From Squalus acanthias (lineage: Eukaryota), in NCBI GenBank assembly GCA_030390025.1, contig JASTWF010000341.1, forward strand, positions 124,001 through 188,000: DNA of 64,000 nucleotides, in the 5' to 3' direction. Each line of letters begins with the position of its first letter. The stretch's first letter is position 1. The notes under the pieces are model-generated. The model worked only from the letters and a program-made list of their open reading frames with translations. It ran no database searches and was not told where the DNA came from. Shown one piece after another: positions 1 to 11,038 of this stretch. A program made the translations under genes and the position numbers.

Positions 1-255
1 GAGGTGTATGGTAACAATTTGTTGGTGCTACTCTCATGCATCACATGCTCAAGATGGGTCACTGGGTAGGGAAAACATCAAACAAAAAGGGGTCATAGGT
101 GTATCAGCCTCTGGGGCACACTTTCCAGCAAAGTTTCAAGACAAACTCGCCACACTCCAGACATTTTCCTTCAGCTTTAGCTTTAACAACCTGTATACTG
201 TCTGCTGCTACTAAGCTTTCACAAGGCACTTCAGCATTTTGTCGATGACCAGACA

Positions 256-280
256 TCATTTCTTCAGCAGTGGCTCCTGC
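256..280 (-). CDS. Tentative last coding exon of an unidentified minus-strand gene ((R)QEPLLKK*)
   Basis: Minus strand reads ttttaatcaaAG|gcaggagcc. It continues the phase-2 end of exon 520-598 to a TGA at 256-258. The acceptor is weak, and another open frame (AGATAEEMMSG...) exists. Confidence 0.25.
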
Positions 281-519
281 CTTTGATTAAAATGTCCAAT
301 GTAAGTAAGGGTCAGCAACATCTGTAGCCAGTTTCCCAATTCCTACCTGCCACCAAACCCTCCCTTGCAAAAAAAAGCCAATAATATTGTCACCTAATTT
401 TAGCATTCACCGTCTTTATTGATTTTTTTCATTAAGAAATTGGTGCCGTTAAACAAAACATGCACTACTGGAAGCAGTGGTTACGATAAATATCTGATGA
501 CTCTGAATGCATGCCTTAC

Positions 520-598
520 CTTAATATCCAGCTCTTTCTCAGCTCCTGGCGCTCCTCAAGAAGTGGCAAAAGACAGCGTATAATTTGGAGCTTTTTTT
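520..598 (-). CDS. Tentative internal exon ((E)KKLQIIRCLLPLLEERQELRKSWIL(R))
   Basis: Acceptor tctttAG and strong donor AAG|GTAAGG; 79 nt with only one open frame (phase 1 to phase 2). Confidence 0.35.
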
Positions 599-3500
599 CT
601 AAAGACCATTCCGCCTTATTGATTTCACACAGCAAAAGCTTTGTCTAAAAAAAAAATTAAAAAGAGCTGGCAATAAAACTAAAAATTACTAAAATAGCCC
701 ATTGGCAAATAAAGTGAGGGGAAAAAAAATCAATATCATCTTTATTACTCCCTTCTACTATGGACAGATCAATAAAGCAAATGAAGTTAATGATGATCAA
801 AATGGATAATATATTTATTTCCAGTAAATCAATTTACGTGGTGCACTCAGGGTGAACCTTTTCAGTTTTAAATAAATGGCTACAAGTTGGCCAGCACAGC
901 AAAGTTAAGGGTCAAAAGGATCAGGTAATGTGGAAACCCTGGACAAAGATCTTATCAGGAGAGACAGATACAGAAAAAACAAAATCATTCTTCACATCTC
1001 AATTGCACATCTCACCTAAAAACAACTGACTCAACAACTACCAGAAACTCTGAAAGAACAGAAGTGCTTGCTGTTTTAAACCACACCAACAATTTTCCCT
1101 CGAAGATTGTCTGTCTCTGTTTCTTTATTAGTTTAATGAAGGTAAATGACAGATAATTGTCTTCTGAGGCCCCTTGTTCATTTGTTGCTGAGTGAAGCTT
1201 TCACATTTTTTTAACTTGCGTCCCTCTGACTGCGACTGACAGTATGTTTGAGACTACAGGTCAGGAGAACAAACAAACAGTTTGGGCACCCCGATTGCCT
1301 GCCTTATCTCACCCTTCTGTTAGCAGAAGACTCGAACAGCACAAATGTTTACAGACTGATGAAAATTTCTTTCCTCTATTTCCTGAAATCACCAAACAAG
1401 GGTGACCTCTCCAGTTCCAGATAGCGTACAGGCAGAAGTGAACACTGCCTTTAACAGGAAGAGTAAGTGCAGGTACGTTCTAGGTCCAGACCTCAGCATC
1501 ACTTCTTTCTGGAGAAAGGGTAAATGGACAAACAAATGGACACAAGCCTTGGGATAACAGGGCAATCCTAATTGTACAAACCAAAGCTTCTTGGAAGTTC
1601 TGAGCAAACAAATGACATTTTTATCTTGGATCTCAAAGTGCTGCTCCAAGTAGTTTTACTTTTATTTCATGTTGTCTACTAATATATTTTTACTACAGTA
1701 AACATTCAATATGAAGAGGGAAAAATATTAACACTGCTCTGCATTTTCTCCTGTTCTCTTCCGCAGACAACTGGCAACAATCAATAGATGTGGGTGGCTC
1801 AAAAATCCTGGAGCCAGTGGGTAGGGAGTGTTAGAGCCTGCTTACTGTTAAGACATGGTTCCCAATGATAGCTCAGAGGCAATGAGTTTTTTAAAACTAT
1901 GTCACAACAATGCTGACATGTTATGGCTTAAATATTAACCACTTAGGTAACATGCTTTGTTTACATTTGAGCACGAAGAGAAAAAAAATTCCAAGCTTCA
2001 CTCAGTAATTTGTCTGTTTTTGACACTGGGAGAAAAGGATTTTTTTTATTCAAGAAAAAAACTGCACTAGGAAGAGGTTGTTACAAAGGCCAGCTCCTCA
2101 GGCTTTGGAGCCATCAGTGCTCCGTTCTACTGTTGTATGCCTACAAGCCCTGCATCTCAACTGGCACAGGTACAGCTCAACACTGACATCAATGCATTTG
2201 AGACCATTCTCTGATTCTTTGCGTGATTAATTGCCAAAGACATGAATGACCATATGGAACAGAGGAAGCATCAAATAATTCATATTTCTGTATATTATTA
2301 GTTGGCCCCTGATGTTTGGATGTACAGGAAAGAAACACTCATACAGCACAGACTCAGTGTCTTGCCCTTGTCAGGCTATTTGGGGTTGGAGTGCCAAGTG
2401 TGTGTAGTTAAGCCGCTGGCGTGTATAGTTGGACTAAGGTTGAGCTTTCCAAAATGCCTTAAATCTTTCACATAAAATGCAGTAAATACTACTGCTGAAA
2501 TAACTCCTTTCTTAGATCAGGAAATGGGATTTGATGTCTGGTCCCTCCACTGTTACAGAAAATCTCAGACTGGCCTGTCTCATACCAAGTAACAATTCTT
2601 CTGTTCTTCTCTATGTCCCTCAGCTTCCCTCATTAGCAGTCTCCCTTCTATAAATACACTATATTTATGTTATTCAACAAACTACCATAGTAACTCTGGT
2701 GACAGTAACTGGGAATTTATCAGGCACATGAAGCTTTAGGGAAAGAGCAGTGACTATAATCGAAAATTTTAGAGTTGAAATAAACATAGCCAGTCTGATT
2801 TTTAAAAAGTGTTTTTTTTGTTTTAGCCATTTCTTTTTTAACTGGGCTATTTCAGCCGAGTTGGTGTTGCCACTGACTTGCAGACATCAGATGAGGTGGG
2901 ATGACATAGTTTGCTTCTTTGATATTAACTCCACGTTGAATATAAAATATTTAATTAATTAAATTTAATCGATTGTGATTTGGAAAACATCTCTGGCTAC
3001 TCATTTGTCTCCTAGTATATTCCTTCACACTTCCAAAGTTTAAAAGGCCTGTCATTTCTCTTATTTTATCTCCCACAATCCCTCATTTTGGTTAGGAGGC
3101 CTTGCACGTCTGATCACTTGACCAGGTTGCACTCTCCTCCCTCAAATAAAAATCTTTGTTGTTAATCTAGTCCTAATCTTTCGTTCCAGTCACTTTACTT
3201 TTTTTTTTAGTAATTCTGTAGCAGGAGCCTCAGATATATCTTTGGCTGTTACCATAGTCAAGGGAGGCTGCTACTCCCTATAGTTAGCAGCTGTTAAGAC
3301 CCTACAGTAGCTTGATTTAAGCTCAGGTTATAGGGCAATTGAACTCCCTTCAAGAGAGTTTAGCTTCTTGTTAAACACCCCCATCTGATCTAGTGAGGGT
3401 TATAAAAAGATTGGACCCTCTTCAAGTTAGAACAGCAAGTTAAGTTAGAGGCCCTAGTACAATCTATCTAAGATCAGAAGGGGACTGGATTCTTGCCAAG

Positions 3501-4351
3501 TGTAGATAGCTTTTATTTACTGCTTTGGCTTTGGCAAGGAAGTGGTAATTCCTCTTTTATAGCAGTTAACTTCTTTTTCTTTCTAGTCAATTTTTTCCCT
3601 TCCATTCCTCTCCCGAAGTCATTGACTCCTTACTGCAGTACTCTTCCACCCTCGAGTACCTTACCCAAGTGGGTATTATTCATGTGGAAGAATTGATAGT
3701 GCATGTCAACAGGCTGTTCACCCACTGGGGGCATCATAGCCAAGCCCGATCCTGCCCTCACCCAATGTTCATACATGCGTAATTCCACCAAGGGTGGCTG
3801 GATACCAATCAAGAGTAGGAATGTTCCCTCCCTAACCTGGTCAACATGTAGCACCTCTACCATTACCCCAGCTGAGGTAATCTATCAGCACAGACTAAAT
3901 CTGGACTTTTTTGGTGTACTTGGCTACTCGCTAGATAAACTGATCTTCCTTCAAGCTTATATTGTAGCTACCCACTCTATCCTTTCTTTTAACCAGTAAT
4001 ACTGAACAAAAGTATCCTCCTCAAACCCTGATACAGTTTTCTGCTCCTTTAACTAGTAAAGTGGAGCAATGATACTCCACTCTTTTCAAGCCTGATAGAC
4101 AGTCCTGCAACTCCTCTTTCAGAAGAAGTGTTTGCTCCACATGCAAGTCACATGTTTATCAGTGTGGGGTGACTGGAAGTATTGATGAAGAATCCCAAAT
4201 ATTTGATACTGAAATCCAATTGAAGCACATAGTGACAACTACTAGTTAAATTTATTACAGAATGGGTATGAATAAAATCTTACACATATACAACACACGT
4301 CATTGTAAACTTCTTGTAGATTTCTGCATTTGTGTAAAAATAATACCTCAC

Positions 4352-4390
4352 CTCCCCCTCGAATGATAATGATTTTGAAATCTTTCCTTA
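4352..4390 (-). CDS. Tentative 39-nt internal exon ((V)RKDFKIIIIRGG(E))
   Basis: Donor GAG|GTGAGG. Acceptor ttccctttaAG keeps the frame between the neighbouring exons. An alternative acceptor at 4421 gives a different product. Confidence 0.3.
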
Positions 4391-4524
4391 CTTAAAGGGA
4401 ATTTTTTGACAATTAAATGGACTATAATAAGTAGAGCACTTTTCGGATGACATATTAAGTTGCCATTCTTTTAAACCTCAAGTAGTAAATTCAAAAGTGG
4501 ATCGTCATGGCTTACATCATAAAT

Positions 4525-5053
4525 AGAACCAATTCTCTATCGTTTGGGTTGCCAAAATGTATTCTTTTACACCAAGCTCGCTGACACTGGCCATAGGAAT
4601 GTAGGCCGACAGCTGCAGGCAGGTCGGTTGGTCCTGGAAGGTGTGTGGGGGGGCGGGGGGGAGGGAGGGAAAGTGAAGCAGAAGCGATCGAGCCTGGCCG
4701 GCTGTGGCCTACAATACTTTTGTGCACCCCTACTCCTCAGAGTCCCACAAAAATAATTTCAAACTTACCTTTTCAGAGCTTCTTTGGCTCTATCGCCCAT
4801 GTACCTGATTGGGGCGTGTGTGGCGCACGCTCCCACCAGTTCAATCCTAAAATGGTGATCGGGGTCCTATGTACGTCATCGGACCCCAATTCGCATATTA
4901 AAAAGGGCCTACCGCCTGAAACAGGCAGGTGATTTGGACACCCAGCAATAGGCCCCAAGGTTGCAGCAGACCAATCGTCGCCACTAACGGAGCGGTATGG
5001 CTACTGAGCCCGTTTATATGCCCTTACTGTCCTGTTAAGGAAAAATCGGTCCC
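4525..5053. mobile_element. Degenerate GC-rich non-autonomous DNA transposon, probably PIF/Harbinger-type
   Basis: GC/CpG-rich island in AT-rich DNA. The right end is the reverse complement of GGGACCGATTTTT; the left end AGAACCAATTCTC matches 8/13, with all differences transitions. Confidence 0.45.
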
Positions 5054-7145
5054 ATTGTGTTCTTTTTAATCAGTTTAAAAAAATTAATATCAGCTTCTGC
5101 GCTTTTGCATCCAGCAAACTTATCTCTGGTTTTACTTTGTTCTGAACAGATATTTTATTCCTCAGGTTCATAAATGTGACATGGTATTTTTAGTAGTTCA
5201 ACATAAGGCTGCCTTAAGACTAGACAAGAAAGGATGTGGTCACTTTAGAATTTTCTGTTACTCTGCTTTAACCCCAATTCTTCAAGTCTAAGAGCTGCAC
5301 CTTATGCTGCCAGGAATGTATGCTTGCCCGCTCGGGTTCTTGAAGTTACAAAAGATAAGTGACTTGGCACCCTCTAATCCATGGGTGATTTACCCTCAGA
5401 GTGGGCTACTCCTTTAGCCTGACATCAATTATGTCAGGACAGAAGTAGGCTTTGCATACACGCCAGATTATATGAAGTGTAAAACATTAGCAAAAAAATG
5501 CTTTTGAAGAGGAACGAAAGAAATTACACTTGCAAAAGGAACCAGCTGACAGTCTAGTCCTTAACAAGTGAATATGCTTCAAACCATTGTGAATGCAGGA
5601 GCAGAGACCGTCCTTTGTTTTCTTTTCCTTAGAGTGTCCTTAACCCAACAGTTGCCTGCACGGCTGAACATATGTTTTTGCAGAAGTACTGAGGCAGAAA
5701 GGAAGTCTTTGTTGTACTCCAGTCTTTTGTATTTAATTCTCTTCTCTTTTGGTCAGATCCAAACACAAGTTACAGCAAGCACTTATGGTCCTTAATGAAT
5801 GCTGAAGAAGTCCGTCTGCTGCATGCTTCAATAATGATTCAGAATTACAGGACAGAATCACGCTACAAAAGCACACAAGCAAATGCATTTCATTGTGCTG
5901 GAGTGTACACTCCACAAGTACATTGCTGAAGCCAAATGTCACTTAAAAAAAGGGAAAGAAAGTTTGCTTACAAAAACAACTTTGTCACCATTACTATTTT
6001 AACCACTTGTGACTTGTATTTAGCCCTATAATAACAGGTGGTGTATGATTAATAAGTGCAAAGTGCTAGTAAAATAATAATCAAACTGTCCTTTAGCGAT
6101 TGAAACATTAATAGCGAAAAGAGGAAGGGGATAGAGAGCAACAGAGTGAGAGAGAGAAAAAGGATTTCTAAAGTGATACGTGAGGGTCAGTGCAAGCACC
6201 AAAGGTCAAAGGAGCAAAACCCCCCCAAAAATGTCCATTGTTAAGTGAATAAACCAGTTTGTGGTCGAATGCACAAAGCTAAAGCTAAACAACTGTGCTA
6301 TGGAGACACAAATAATGTGCTCCCATTGTAACACTTCTACAATAAGTTATTTAGCTTAGAGGGCCCTTGCCTTGCACCCTCCCCATATACAACTTCTGTA
6401 CACATTAACGAAAACAAAAGGAGGCAATTTAAATTGTAACCATGCATTGGGATTATGCATGTGACCTCAAAGGATGGTCCACTTGTGCTTGGCAGATAGT
6501 TTTTTGACAGTTCACACAAGAATTACTACTGTTAGAGAAAGGGAAGGCAATTAAAAACAATCCAAGATGCATGTTCTACAGCTGTCCGAGTTTCAGCTCC
6601 ATCTGACCTTTCAGTGGAAGTCGATAAGAAAAAGGAAGGTGGTACAGGAAAAGAAACTGCAAAAAGACCCTCAGAGGCTGGAGATGTTGGCAAGGTTTCT
6701 GAAGAACCACAACTTTCCTGTCTTTTGATCATCCACACGATCACCAAAGCTGCATATTAGCCACCACAGAAGCTCCTTTAAAGTATTAATATAAAAAAAA
6801 GTGTCTGGTGCAAGCTGGTGAAACACATTCTTTTCTTCTTGCATTTGACTGCTTGGAAGAAGAACAAGTGTAATAAAAACAAGCGGACTTCTGCCACGTG
6901 GGCCTGTTGTCAGCCCTAAATGAACAAACCACTAGAGCAATGCAAACTTTAAAATGCAAACACTGCTCTAAACTGAACAAGAGATTGATTAAGCTCTTAG
7001 AAGAAGTTTAAAGAATTAAGCAATAAAAACTACTGAAGAGATGGATGACTAAAAGAAATGAAAAGGCTTTCAGACAGCTGCAATGCTGCATTTGCAAGAG
7101 AAAATAAAACCTACTAGGAGATGGGCTTAAAGGTAGATTACTCAC

Positions 7146-7262
7146 CTCCAGGCACATTATTCCACATTCTTCGAATTAAGTTATCTTCCACATAACATTG
7201 CATTGCCTCAGTTATCCTTGGTATGTTGAGGATAACAAATGAGGAAGAAATTAATTTGACAC
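7146..7262 (-). CDS. Tentative 117-nt phase 1-1 exon ((G)VKLISSSFVILNIPRITEAMQCYVEDNLIRRMWNNVPG)
   Basis: Long polypyrimidine tract tttctctttctttcgtgtcttgaacaAG, consensus donor GAG|GTGAGT, and a single open frame. Confidence 0.45.
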
Positions 7263-8159
7263 CTTGTTCAAGACACGAAAGAAAGAGAAACTAGGTTCTG
7301 TAAATTATTTTGTGGAAAAAAAACTATAATTCTGGAAATGTAAAACTTTGAAATGTGGTTTTGCATGATTAGTGTTCATTTTGGCTCCAGATGATCTAAT
7401 ATGTGGCACCTTCATTGTTGCCATTGCACATTTTGTGTAGTTAATAATTACCACAGTTATGTTGTTTTGGATTTTATGTTGTTGAAATTGGTAATCAATT
7501 TGGCTCTGCCACAACTAAAAATTCTGAGAATAAGTCCAAGTATAATTCCCTTTTGGTTGAAAGGGCAAATGTATTAGAGGCAGTGCAGTGCGATGGAGCA
7601 CTGATGGGTTGTGCCACTGAGTTGTGAGAACCAATTTCTACACACAGTGTTGCCAACCTCAGCTTTGGCACACAGCAGAGCCCAGTTGCTTCCCTGCATA
7701 GAGAGAGAGAGGAAAATCACAGGCAGACAACCTGACCTGTTATCATCAGAGTGCGGCTTGGGAGCAAGTTTCCATTCTTCTCTCTTGGGTGTAAATAGCG
7801 TGCAGCACTGCCAAAATGGAGGAAGTACAAATACCTGTTTTTTACGTTGATAGTAGCACAGAACTTTACAGCACAGGAGGAAGCTATTTGGCTTATCACA
7901 CCTGCACCACTTTCTTCCGTTCCATTCCCTGGCCCTGTTTCGATATTCTTTAAAATGTTCCTTTTTGAAATAATTATCCATTTCCCTTTTAAAAGCTATT
8001 ATGGATTCTGCTTCTACCAGTTTCTCGCAGGTCATTCCATAACCTAACAATCCTCTGTATAATAAAAAGAAAATCTTCCTACCACCTCCCTTTGTTCTTT
8101 TGGTGATGATCATAAATTTAAGCCCTCTTGTTATCGACTCACCCACCAGTGGAAATAAT

Positions 8160-8903
8160 GGCCCAGAAATTGATCTCGCTCTGTTCCCGCGGGGGTAAGG
8201 AGCAGGCGCGATCTCTCACTCCGCGTTGGCTTTTTCAGATCCAGCTCGCACGAACTTGATGTTCTAGACATCAGCTGGGCAGTGCTTGCGTATCCCACCG
8301 GCGTAGTGAATTCGTGCGAGCTGTGGGATCACGTGACTCAGTTAGAGCCAATGGCAGCACACCATCTTCCATTCATAAGTTTCACTTACGTGCTGTGAAA
8401 GCTATGAATCTTACACACCCCCAAAATAACAGCTAAACCTCAATTAAATTTTAAAAAAAACCCATCACATTAATAAAATAAGTATAGTTAAATAAATTAA
8501 CCATTCTAAATAAAAAATTAATTTTTTGAAAAAATTTAAAATCTTTTAAAAAGTTGTAAAAATAAACTTACCTGTCTTTAAAGTCTCTAAAAAAGATATA
8601 CCTGTTAAAAAAAATTCAAAATAATACTTAATTCACTACTTACCTTGTTAAAAGTGGGTCTTACTCCTCCTTTTTTCGTTTCTAAAATCTTCCGTCCTTA
8701 CCTGCGCGTCCAAAGCACTAAGTGCACAGCGTGCGCGCAGCCTGTAGCGCACACGCGGTGCACCGAGGAACCGCCCCCTTTTCCAAAGACCAAGTGCCGG
8801 TTTTCAGCGCATGCGCAGTGCATGCAGAAAACCGGCAATTGGAGAGAGAATACGCGAGAGTACGCAGTGCGTACTCTCGCGCAGCGGGATCAATTTTTGG
8901 CCC
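8160..8903. mobile_element. 744-bp non-autonomous PIF/Harbinger-type element (MITE-like) inserted in the CR1
   Basis: TIRs GGCCCAGAAATTGATCTCGCT and rc GGGCCAAAAATTGATCCCGCT (18/21). A 3-bp TSD AAT lies at 8157-8159 and 8904-8906. GC-rich ends, AT-rich centre; CR1 sequence resumes on both sides. Confidence 0.85.
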
Positions 8904-9125
8904 AATTTTTCCCCATTACCTCATCAAAAGTCTTTCATTATTTTGAACTCCTCTGTAGTTCTCCTCTTAACCTCTTCTATTCTACTGAGAAGGGCCCCTA
9001 TTTCTCAACTCTTTCCTCATAACTAAAATTTCTCATCTTTAGTATCATCATAATGAATTTCTTCTGTCTTCTCTTATTGGCCTTGATATCCTTCCTAAAA
9101 TAGGGCACCCAAAACTTGACGCAAT

Positions 9126-9218
9126 GGGGTGAAATTCAATTTCTGCGGGGGTATAAAACAACAGCAAATCAGCTGCCCGCTATACACCTCGCCCAATTTT
9201 TCTTTCGATTGAAGTCAT
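9126..9218. mobile_element. Short fragment (about one arm) of a Harbinger-type MITE
   Basis: Starts GGGGTGAAATTC, similar to the TIR at 18309, and interrupts CR1 sequence. No partner TIR was found. Confidence 0.45.
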
Positions 9219-9748
9219 TACTTCTTTGTTTTTATATTTTTACGCACCTTTCTATGGAACCTAGGATCCCTTGTTTTTTTTTTCTTTTACAGCTTTAACA
9301 ACTTGTCCTCCCACTTATAAAGATTTGTGTTTCTGAATCCCTAAGTCTCCCTGTTTCTTTTAAAGTTTTACGATTTAGTTTGTATGCCCTCATCTTGTAC
9401 GTCCTCCCAAAATGTATCGCCGCACATTTTTCCACATTAAATTTTATGTGACAGCCATCTGGCCAATCTACTAACCTGTTTATGTCCTCCTGAAATCACT
9501 TACAGCCCGCTTCACAGTAAACCATCATTCCTTTTTTTTATGTTGTGTGCAAATTTGCCCGTGTAAATAGGGTTTCCACTTTACTTTTAGCACAGTGACG
9601 ATAGCGCCAAATTAATTCACTCCATTGCTATTGGTTCTCAACCAGCCTGGCCACTTCAGTTATTTGTATCCCTTTCTGTGACAAGTCACTCTTAACATTG
9701 TCTATCCAGCAGTTCCTTGGTCATTCTTGGCTTCTTGTTCCATTTACC

Positions 9749-9815
9749 ATATATATATCGAAAGATATGTATATATATATAAAAAAAAAAAAATATATAT
9801 ATATATATATATAAA
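9749..9815. repeat. Compound (AT)n / poly-A microsatellite
   Basis: Direct reading: atatatatat...aaaaaaaaaaaaa...atatatatatat. Confidence 0.9.
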
Positions 9816-10331
9816 TATAATTGAGAAGAGCAATGGTCCCAACATTAACCTCTGGGGGATACCACTGTTTCCATCAGTTCAATCCGTAAAACATCCATCA
9901 ACCACTACTCCCAGTTTTCCATCCTTAAATTAACTTCCTATCCATATTGCCATATTCACTTTAATATTGTGCACCTTAGTTTTATCAACAAGCCTTCTAT
10001 GCAGCACCTCATCAAATGTCTTTTCAAAATCATTGCTTCAGTGACATTAATTCGGAGTACTGGAATTCTCTGCTTAAACATCCTACCTCACTACTTATCA
10101 CTCTCCCAAGCCAAGGCGAGCTGAGACCCCTGTGGAACTCTGACTGATTCCGTGGCTCAGATAGGCTAACTCGGCACAGATCAGGGATGGAATCAAACTC
10201 TGAGGCCTTCCAGACAGGTATCACTCGACTACTTGCTGAGGAAACTCACTGAGCAGGGAGGGCAGCGGGTGTTGGGGGAGAAGACAACCTCCAACCCCTC
10301 TCATCTCCCTGCAGGACTCGTTGCCCCAGAT

Positions 10332-10776
10332 GTCAACCGTGGTTAAGTGGTAGCACTCTCCCCTCTGAGTCAGAAGGTCATGGATTCGAGCCCCAGAGAC
10401 TTGAGTACATAATCCTGGCTGACACTCTCAGTGCAGTACTGAGGGACTGCTGCACTGTTGCAGGTTTCATCTTTGGGATGAGACATTAAACCAAGGTCCC
10501 ATCTGCCCTCTCAAGTGGACATGAAAGATCTCATGGCACTATTCAAAAAAGAGCAGGGGAGTTCTCCCTGGTGCCCTGGGTGAATATTTATCCCTCAACC
10601 ATTATCTCTAAAACTGATTATCTGGTCATTATCTCATTGCTGTTTATGGGACCTTGCTATGCACAAATTGGCTGCCGTGTTTCCTACATTACAACAGTGA
10701 CTACACTTCAAAAGTACTTAATTGGTTGTAAAGCACTTTGGGACATCCTGACATCGTGAAAGGCGTTATATAAATG
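10332..10776 (+). mobile_element. tRNA-derived SINE of the Deu-domain type (SacSINE1/AmnSINE1-like); its 3' tail resumes at ~11719-11745
   Basis: Pol III A-box-like GTGGTTAAGTGG (~10339) and B-box-like GGATTCGAGCC (~10382). The body GATGAGACATTAAACCAAGG...GGCACTATTCAAAAAAGAGCAGGGGAGTTCTCC resembles the Deu core as I recall it. Tail GGCGTTATATAAATG/CAAG. Confidence 0.8.
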
Positions 10777-10960
10777 TCCTCGTACAAGAAACACAGAAAA
10801 CTAGCATGCAGGTACAGCAAGCAATAAAGAAGGCATATGGCATGTTGGCCTTTATTGCAAGGGGGTTGGAGTATAAGAGTAAGGAAGTCTTGCTACAGGA
10901 ATAACAACAGAAAATGCTGGAAAAACTCAGCAGGCCAGGCAGCATCCATGGAGAGAGAAA

Positions 10961-11005
10961 CAGAGTTAACGTTTCAGGTCGAAGACCTTTCGTCAGAACG
11001 TTCTG
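10961..11005 (-). ncRNA. Minimal type-I hammerhead ribozyme-like motif
   Basis: Minus strand: CAGA-AC-GUU CUGACGA A AGGUC-UUC-GACCU GAAA CG UU AAC-UCUG. It has the CUGANGA and GAAA cores, a 5-bp stem II, a palindromic ACGU stem III, and stem I GUU/AAC plus CAGA/UCUG. Confidence 0.6.
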
Positions 11006-11038
11006 ACGAAAGGTCTTCGACCTGAAACTTTAACTCTG
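10994..11038 (+). ncRNA. Mirror hammerhead-like motif with a mutated stem III
   Basis: CTGACGA at 11003-11009, stem AGGTC-TTC-GACCT, GAAA at 11024-11027. It is followed by CTTT instead of CGTT. Confidence 0.45.

Larger units (their letters stand above)
7850..10031 (-). mobile_element. Decayed 5'-truncated CR1-clade LINE (RT region plus 3' end), interrupted by later insertions
   Basis: Minus strand encodes DFEKTFDEVLHRRLVDK (~9980-10031; DFxKAFDxVxH RT motif) and SGIPQRLMLGPLL (~9829-9866; GVPQGSVLGPLLF motif). It also encodes a CR1-like C-terminus (VEAESIIAFKREMDNYF) near 7970-8020. Boundaries are approximate. Confidence 0.8.

Noticed and set aside
6532..6770. Segment open on both strands with charged-residue-rich translation
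   Set aside because: It has no recognisable homology or convincing splice signals.
7574..8146. 190-aa minus-strand ORF
   Set aside because: It is a chimera of decayed CR1 3' sequence and flank, with no coherent protein.
8645..9026. Three overlapping plus-strand ORFs
   Set aside because: They span the GC-rich MITE end and antisense CR1, so they are stop-poor by composition.
10332..10400. tRNA gene
   Set aside because: A/B boxes are present but continue into a SINE body; I see no complete cloverleaf.
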